A DNA stretch of 19,384 bases, from IMG/VR virus record IMGVR_UViG_2703718792_000011, positions 1-19,384 of that record; one strand, 5' to 3'. The notes under the pieces were generated by a model that saw nothing but the letters and a program-made list of their open reading frames with translations, was not told the DNA's origin and did not search any database. This document shows positions 14,008 to 19,384 of the stretch, in pieces. Made by a program: the position numbers and the translations under genes. This stretch comes from a virus. Its lineage: Duplodnaviria > Heunggongvirae > Uroviricota > Caudoviricetes. Numbering within the stretch: position 1 is the stretch's first letter; the number at the start of each line of letters is the position of its first letter.

Positions 14008-15060
14008 ATGAAAAACACTGTAAAAATAAACAGTGTTGATTTAATCAACGCTGATTGCCTGCATTTTATTCAGTCCCTGCCTGATGATTCCATTGACCTG
14101 ATTGTTACCGATCCGCCTTACTTCAAGGTGAAACCCAACGGTTGGGACAATCAGTGGAAAGGGGACGAAGATTACCTTAAGTGGCTGGACCACTGTCTGG
14201 CCCAGTTCTGGCGGGTGTTAAAGCCTGCCGGAAGCCTTTACCTGTTCTGTGGGCATCGCCTGGCATCTGATATTGAGATCATGATGCGTGAACGTTTCAA
14301 CGTGCTTAACCATATCATCTGGGCGAAGCCGTCCGGACGTTGGAATGGGTGTAATAAAGAAAGTCTGCGCGCATATTTTCCTGCCACAGAGCGCGTTCTG
14401 TTTGCTGAACATTACCAGGGGCCATATCGCGGCAAAAGTGACGGCTATGCGGCAAAAGAAAGGGAACTCAAACAGCACATAATGGCACCGCTGATATCGT
14501 ATTTCAGGGATGCTCGTGCCGAACTGGGTATAACGGCAAAACAAATTGCCGAAGCCACAGGTAAGAAAAATATGGTTTCCCACTGGTTTGGTGCCAGTCA
14601 GTGGCAGTTGCCGAACGAGGCTGACTATCGGAAGTTACAGGCACTGTTTTCCCGTATAGCGGCAGAGAAGTTTCAGGAACAACAACTGGAACAACCACAC
14701 CACCAGCTGGTGGCATCTTATGATTCACTGAATCGCAAATATTCTGAATTGCTGGATGAGTTTAAATCTCTCCGGCGCTATTTCTCCGTATCAGTCTCCG
14801 TGCCTTATACCGATGTCTGGACGCATAAGCCCGTTCAGTTCTACCCGGGTAAACATCCGTGCGAGAAACCGGCGGATATGCTCCGGCAAATAATCAATGC
14901 CAGTAGTCGCCCTGGTGATCTGGTTGCTGATTTCTTTATGGGATCCGGTTCCACAATAAAAGCAGCAATGGCGCTGGGGCGTCGGGCGTTAGGTGTTGAA
15001 CTTGAGTCAGAGCGGTTTAATCAGACGGTGAAAGAGGTAAGTGAACTGTTGGGGAAATAA
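14008..15060 (+). CDS. Orphan DNA methyltransferase (beta-class N6-adenine or N4-cytosine MTase; DPPY motif precedes the AdoMet-binding FxGxG motif)
   Basis: Motif IV IVTDPPYF near the N-terminus and motif I FFMGSGSTIKAAMALGRRALGVE near the C-terminus. No restriction endonuclease gene is adjacent. Confidence 0.9.
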   Translation: MKNTVKINSVDLINADCLHFIQSLPDDSIDLIVTDPPYFKVKPNGWDNQWKGDEDYLKWLDHCLAQFWRVLKPAGSLYLFCGHRLASDIEIMMRERFNVLNHIIWAKPSGRWNGCNKESLRAYFPATERVLFAEHYQGPYRGKSDGYAAKERELKQHIMAPLISYFRDARAELGITAKQIAEATGKKNMVSHWFGASQWQLPNEADYRKLQALFSRIAAEKFQEQQLEQPHHQLVASYDSLNRKYSELLDEFKSLRRYFSVSVSVPYTDVWTHKPVQFYPGKHPCEKPADMLRQIINASSRPGDLVADFFMGSGSTIKAAMALGRRALGVELESERFNQTVKEVSELLGK

Positions 15061-15067
15061 TTCTGGT

Positions 15068-15089
15068 GGCCACGTTGCGTGGCCTTTTT
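15068..15089 (+). terminator. Rho-independent terminator between the methyltransferase and the holin gene
   Basis: GGCCACG-TTG-CGTGGCC hairpin followed by TTTTT, 8 nt after the methyltransferase stop. Confidence 0.6.
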
Positions 15090-15136
15090 ATTTCCAACAC
15101 AGCACCCGCAAATATCGCGAGGTGAGAGATGACGAA

Positions 15137-15472
15137 ATGCCTCATAACCCAAATACCTGGCCGGACTGGCTGGAGTTGTTTCAGAGCTGGTGGCGTGGAG
15201 ACACGCCGCTGGGTGCAGTGATTATGTCGATCGTTATGGCTGGTTTGCGCATCGCCTATTTTGGCGGTGGTGGTGGCTGGAAGCGAAAAACGCTCGAGAT
15301 TTTGCTCTGTGGCGCTCTGACGCTGACCTTTGCATCCGCTCTTGAGTATGTCGGATGGCCTAAATCACTTTCTGTTGCCATTGGTGGCGGCGTGGGGCTG
15401 ATCGGTGTCGATGCTATTCGTGGGGCTGCAATGCGAGTAATCGGTAACAAGTTTGGTGGCTCTAAGGAGTAA
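15137..15472 (+). CDS. S: Holin (lambda S-like class I holin)
   Basis: Start placed at ATG 15137; the track extension to 15041 overlaps the methyltransferase and the terminator. Hydrophobic segments (AVIMSIVMAGLRIAY, LEILLCGALTLTFASALEYV, SVAIGGGVGLIGV) and a charged C-terminus. Immediately upstream of the endolysin. Confidence 0.8.
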   Translation: MPHNPNTWPDWLELFQSWWRGDTPLGAVIMSIVMAGLRIAYFGGGGGWKRKTLEILLCGALTLTFASALEYVGWPKSLSVAIGGGVGLIGVDAIRGAAMRVIGNKFGGSKE

Positions 15473-15475
15473 TTT

Positions 15476-15952
15476 ATGCAGGTACTAAATTCCCAGCGTA
15501 AAGCTTTCCTCGATATGTTGGCGTGGTCAGAAGGAACGGATAACGGGCGACAGCCAACCCGCAATCACGGTTACGACGTTATTGTAGGTGGTGAGTTATT
15601 CACGGATTACTCCGATCATCCTCGCAAACTTGTCACGCTAAACCCCAAACTCAAATCAACAGCCGCCGGACGTTACCAGCTTCTTTCACGCTGGTGGGAT
15701 GCTTACCGTAAACAGCTTGGCCTGAAAGATTTTTCTCCAGAAAGCCAGGACGCTGTAGCTCTGCAGCAGATTAAAGAGCGTGGCGCTTTACCGATGATTG
15801 ATCGCGGTGATATTCGTCAGGCTATCGACCGTTGCAGCAATATCTGGGCTTCACTACCGGGCGCTGGTTATGGTCAGTTGGAGCATAAAGTTGACAGCCT
15901 GATTGCAAAATTCAAAGAAGCAGGCGGAACGGTCAGAGAGATTAAGGTATGA
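15476..15952 (+). CDS. R: Endolysin, lambda R-type lytic transglycosylase
   Basis: Near-identical over most of its length to lambda R as I recall it ([57 protein letters not shown]...). Confidence 0.95.
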   Translation: MQVLNSQRKAFLDMLAWSEGTDNGRQPTRNHGYDVIVGGELFTDYSDHPRKLVTLNPKLKSTAAGRYQLLSRWWDAYRKQLGLKDFSPESQDAVALQQIKERGALPMIDRGDIRQAIDRCSNIWASLPGAGYGQLEHKVDSLIAKFKEAGGTVREIKV

Positions 15953-16413
15953 GCAGAGTAACCGCGATTATCTCCGCTCTGGTTATTTGTATCATCGCCT
16001 GCCTGTCATGGGCTGTTAATCATTACCGTGATAACGCCATTACCTACAAAGCCCAGCGCGACAAAAATGCCAGAGAACTGAAGCTGGCGAACTCGACAAT
16101 TACTGACATGCAGAAGCGTCAGCGTGATGTTGCTGCGCTCGATGCAAAGTACTCGAGAGAATTAGCCAATGCGAAAGCTGAAAATGAAACTCTGCGCGCT
16201 GATGTTGCCGCTGGTCGTCGTCGGTTGCACATCAAAGCAGTCTGTCAGTCAGTGCGTGAAGCCACCACCGCCTCCGGCGTGGATAATGCAACCAGCCCCC
16301 GACTGGCAGACACCGCTGAACGGGATTATTTCACCCTCAGAGAGCGGCTGATGACGATGCAGATGCAACTGGAAGGGGCACAGGAGTATATCCGCACTCA
16401 GTGCATTAAGTAG
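15949..16413 (+). CDS. Rz: Spanin, inner-membrane subunit (Rz)
   Basis: [16 protein letters not shown]...[27 protein letters not shown]... closely matches lambda Rz as I recall it. ATGA overlap with R. Confidence 0.9.
   Translation: MSRVTAIISALVICIIACLSWAVNHYRDNAITYKAQRDKNARELKLANSTITDMQKRQRDVAALDAKYSRELANAKAENETLRADVAAGRRRLHIKAVCQSVREATTASGVDNATSPRLADTAERDYFTLRERLMTMQMQLEGAQEYIRTQCIK
16169..16351 (+). CDS. Rz1: Spanin, outer-membrane lipoprotein subunit (Rz1), embedded in a different frame within Rz
   Basis: The 60-aa [45 protein letters not shown]... has a lipobox (LVVVGC) and a proline-rich stretch like lambda Rz1. Confidence 0.85.
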   Translation: MRKLKMKLCALMLPLVVVGCTSKQSVSQCVKPPPPPAWIMQPAPDWQTPLNGIISPSESG

Positions 16414-16455
16414 CCTTTTTATCGTGGTAAACATTTCGCAGGGTATGAGGTATTT

Positions 16456-16806
16456 ATGCCATCACGAATCCCACGCGCCTGCCGTAAGCGTGGATGTGCA
16501 GGTACAACCACAGACAGTTCTGGTTACTGCGATAAACATCGTGGCGAAGGATGGGTACAGCATCAACGCGGACTGAGCCGCCACCAGCGTGGCTATGGCT
16601 CGAAATGGGATGCCATACGTGCGCGCATACTGAAGCGTGATAATCATCTGTGTCAGAACTGCCTGCGCAATGGGAGAGCCGTTGAAGCCAGAACTGTGGA
16701 CCACATCATTCCGAAAGCTCATGGTGGCTCGGATGCAGACAGTAACCTGCAGAGTCTGTGCTGGCCCTGCCATAAAGCAAAAACAGCGCGCGAACGCATC
16801 AATTGA
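16456..16806 (+). CDS. HNH endonuclease (terminase-associated type)
   Basis: HNH motif: ...NHLCQNCLRNGRAVEARTVDHIIPKAHGGSDADSNLQSLCWPCHKAK. GAGGT upstream. Immediately upstream of terS. Confidence 0.9.
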   Translation: MPSRIPRACRKRGCAGTTTDSSGYCDKHRGEGWVQHQRGLSRHQRGYGSKWDAIRARILKRDNHLCQNCLRNGRAVEARTVDHIIPKAHGGSDADSNLQSLCWPCHKAKTARERIN

Positions 16807-16953
16807 TAACAGTTCCCATCTGTAGGGGAGGGGCGGGTCAAATCTCTGCAACCCTGGCTGCTCAGTACCGCCGCCTGACCTTTCCTCGCATCGCCGCAGG
16901 TTCGAAAACTTTTTTTTGGAATGTGATTAAATGATTGATAGGTAAAACCGATT

Positions 16954-17436
16954 ATGCCTGGACCCCCGAAAACCCCGCCACGCCTGCATTTGATACGAGG
17001 TAACCCCTCAAAGCGGCCAGTTAAAGACTCCAAAAAAAACGCTAAAAAGGATGAAAAAGGTCTCCCTAAAATTCCGCAACATTTAGGGGCACAGGGGAAG
17101 TACTGGTTCAGGCGAATGGCGGAAGAACTGAATGCGGAAGGGATCATTTCTCAGCTCGATGCGCGTGCACTCGAGTTACTGGTGGAAGCCTACACCGAAT
17201 ACCGGCATCACTGTGAAACACTCGATGCTGAGGGTTATACCTACCGCACGGAAACGCAGAACGGTGATGTGCTGATTAAGGCACACCCGGCTGCTGCGAT
17301 GAAGGCGGATGCCTGGAAGCGGATCCGGGCGATGCTTGCAGAGTTTGGTATGTCACCGGCAAGCCGGGCGAAAGTAAATACCGCCGGACCGGATGATGTT
17401 GATCCGCTGGCGGAGCTTTTAAAAGCGAGAGACTGA
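16954..17436 (+). CDS. terS: Terminase small subunit (P27 family)
   Basis: 160-aa ORF with a basic N-terminus and a family-typical region (LDARALELLVEAYTEYRHHCETLDAEGYTY...KAHPAAAMKADAWKRIRAMLAEFGMSP). Located between the HNH gene and the large terminase. Confidence 0.85.
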   Translation: MPGPPKTPPRLHLIRGNPSKRPVKDSKKNAKKDEKGLPKIPQHLGAQGKYWFRRMAEELNAEGIISQLDARALELLVEAYTEYRHHCETLDAEGYTYRTETQNGDVLIKAHPAAAMKADAWKRIRAMLAEFGMSPASRAKVNTAGPDDVDPLAELLKARD

Positions 17437-19193
17437 TGGCAAAAGTGGCTGACGGGATCCGCTACGCCGAACGTGTTATTGCAGGAGAAATTGTCGCTGG
17501 CGAATTTGTCCGTCTGGCCTGCCAGCGTTTTCTTGATGATCTGAAGTACGGCGAAGAGCGGGGGATTTATTTCAGTGAACCCCGTGCGCAGCACATCCTG
17601 AATTTCTACAAATTTGTGCCCCATGTGAAAGGGGCGCTGGCAGGCCAGCCCATTGAGTTGATGGACTGGCATGTATTTATCCTTATTAATATTTTTGGTT
17701 TTGTCATTCCGCTGGTGAATGAAGAGACCGGGGAAGTTGTCATGCGCAGCGATGGCAGCGGACGCCCGGTGATGGTGCGCCGGTTCCGGACAGCCTACAA
17801 CGAAGTTGCCCGTAAAAACGCAAAATCAACCCTGTCATCGGGTATTGGTCTGTATATGACGGGGGCAGATGGTGAAGGCGGGGCTGAGGTGTATTCAGCC
17901 GCAACCACGCGTGATCAGGCCAGAATTGTGTTTGAAGACGCCAAAAATATGGTCAGAAAAGCCCGATCGACACTCGGGCGGTTGTTTGATTTCAACAAGC
18001 TGGCGATTTACCAGGAGCAGAGCGCATCAAAATTTGAACCGCTTTCTTCGGATGCAAACAACCTGGATGGTCTGAACATCCACTGCGCCATTATTGATGA
18101 GCTGCATGCACATAAAACCCGTGACGTGTGGGACGTTCTGGAAACGGCAACCGGTGCCCGTCTGCAGTCCCTTTTATTTGGTATCACCACGGCAGGGTTT
18201 AACAAGGAAGGGATTTGTTACGAGCAGCGTGATTACGCCATCAAGGTATTGCGTGGCTATAACAGCGACGTGGAGGGCGCGGTAAAAGACGACTCCTACT
18301 TTGCGATTATTTACACCCTCGATGAGGGAGATGATCCGTTTGATGAAACGGTCTGGCAGAAAGCGAATCCCGGCCTGGGCATCTGTAAACGCTGGGATGA
18401 TCTGCGTCGCCTGGCGAAAAAAGCGAAAGAACAGGTCTCTGCGCGGGTGAATTTTTTCACAAAACACATGAATGTGTGGGTCACTGCCGAGTCTGCCTGG
18501 ATGGACATGATTAAGTGGGAGAAATGCGAATACATTGCCCCACGACATGAGCTGAAAACGTATCCCATGTGGGTCGGCGTTGACCTTGCTCATAAGATTG
18601 ATATCTGTGCGGCGGCAAAACTCTGGCGAACGGATAACGGGCATGTTCATGCCGATTTTAAATTCTGGCTCCCGGAAGGACGGCTGGAACGATGCTCGCG
18701 GCAGCAGGCAGAACTTTACCGGAAGTGGGCGGAGATGGATAAGCTGATTCTGACGGATGGTGATGTTATCGATCATGTTCAGATAAAAAGTGACTTACTG
18801 GAATGGATTGGCGGTGAAAACCTGAGGGAACTGGGATTTGACCCGTGGAGCGCGATGCAGTTCAGCCTGGCACTGGCTGAAGAAGGGATACCGCTGGTGG
18901 AGGTTCCGCAGACGGTTCGCAATCTGTCAGAGGCCATGAAGGAAACGGAATCACTGGTCTATGCCGGGCGTTTCCATCACAGCAATCATCCGGTCATGAA
19001 CTGGATGATGTCTAACGTTACGGTAAAACCGGACAAAAACGACAATATCTTCCCGAATAAATCCACGCCGGAAGCCAAAATCGACGGCCCTGTTGCGATG
19101 TTTACAGCAATGAGTCGGATGCTGGTCAATGGTGGTGAACCGGAGCCGGATCTGTCTGAACATCTGGTCAGCGTGGGCATCCGCTCACTTTAA
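17436..19193 (+). CDS. terL: Terminase large subunit (HK97-like)
   Basis: 585-aa ORF with ATGA overlap with terS. ATPase region ([35 protein letters not shown]...[14 protein letters not shown]) and C-terminal nuclease region. Confidence 0.9.
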   Translation: MAKVADGIRYAERVIAGEIVAGEFVRLACQRFLDDLKYGEERGIYFSEPRAQHILNFYKFVPHVKGALAGQPIELMDWHVFILINIFGFVIPLVNEETGEVVMRSDGSGRPVMVRRFRTAYNEVARKNAKSTLSSGIGLYMTGADGEGGAEVYSAATTRDQARIVFEDAKNMVRKARSTLGRLFDFNKLAIYQEQSASKFEPLSSDANNLDGLNIHCAIIDELHAHKTRDVWDVLETATGARLQSLLFGITTAGFNKEGICYEQRDYAIKVLRGYNSDVEGAVKDDSYFAIIYTLDEGDDPFDETVWQKANPGLGICKRWDDLRRLAKKAKEQVSARVNFFTKHMNVWVTAESAWMDMIKWEKCEYIAPRHELKTYPMWVGVDLAHKIDICAAAKLWRTDNGHVHADFKFWLPEGRLERCSRQQAELYRKWAEMDKLILTDGDVIDHVQIKSDLLEWIGGENLRELGFDPWSAMQFSLALAEEGIPLVEVPQTVRNLSEAMKETESLVYAGRFHHSNHPVMNWMMSNVTVKPDKNDNIFPNKSTPEAKIDGPVAMFTAMSRMLVNGGEPEPDLSEHLVSVGIRSL

Positions 19194-19203
19194 CCGAGGT
19201 CAT

Positions 19204-19384
19204 TATGTTTCTGATAATTCTCGCGCCACTGGTGGGCGTGCTGGGTGCGCTTTTGCTGGCGTATGGTGCCTGGCTGATTTATCCCCCGGCGGGTTTTGTT
19301 GTTGCCGGGGTGCTGTGCCTGCTCTGGTCGTGGCTGGTGGCGCGATATCTCGACCGCACACAGTCGTCTGTCGGCGGAGGTAAA
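19204..19384 (+). CDS. Hypothetical small membrane protein, 3' end beyond the window
   Basis: ATG at 19204 preceded by GAGGT (5-nt spacer). Hydrophobic N-terminus [48 protein letters not shown]. No stop codon before the window ends. Confidence 0.5.

Noticed and set aside
15041-15136. N-terminal extension of the holin ORF (track start 15041)
   Set aside because: It would overlap the methyltransferase 3' end and include the intrinsic terminator at 15068..15089; the internal ATG at 15137 is the plausible start.
1-19384. CRISPR arrays, insertion sequences, or attL/attR direct repeats
   Set aside because: No regularly spaced direct repeats with unique spacers, no transposase-like ORF and no terminal inverted repeats were seen. 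The attachment site should lie just left of position 1, beyond the integrase stop, and is outside this window.

Overview
This 19.4 kb window reads as the left and central part of a lambdoid (lambda/HK97-mosaic) prophage from an enterobacterial genome, running from the integrase to the large terminase. Order on the sequence: tyrosine integrase and excisionase-like gene (1..1606, - strand); a tightly packed leftward early operon of about nine small genes of unknown function (1615..4032, -); an HTH-XRE protein gene with its own near-consensus promoter, palindrome and upstream terminator (4161..4782, -); a divergent immunity switch with a LexA-like S24 cI repressor and a YdaS-type Cro; a reverse-oriented gene embedded in the rightward early operon; a Rha-family regulator; a replication module (O-like initiator with internal iterons, DnaC-like loader, DnaB-like helicase); a Cys/His-rich DUF968-type protein; a Q-like antiterminator with candidate PR' and tR'; a two-gene moron (small putative DNA-binding protein plus orphan DPPY DNA methyltransferase) closed by its own terminator; a lambda-type lysis cassette (S, R, Rz with embedded Rz1); and an HNH endonuclease with P27-family small and large terminase subunits. 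No N-like antiterminator, recombination genes, tRNA, CRISPR array or IS element was recognised. The best candidates for undescribed biology are the self-contained HTH-XRE unit next to cI, the reverse-oriented gene between cro and rha, the acidic small proteins of the early-left operon, a possible oop-like leftward sRNA after rha, and the methyltransferase moron. All calls rest on reading the sequence and ORF translations by eye plus recalled family knowledge; no database search or folding was run, and all net-charge figures are approximate hand counts.
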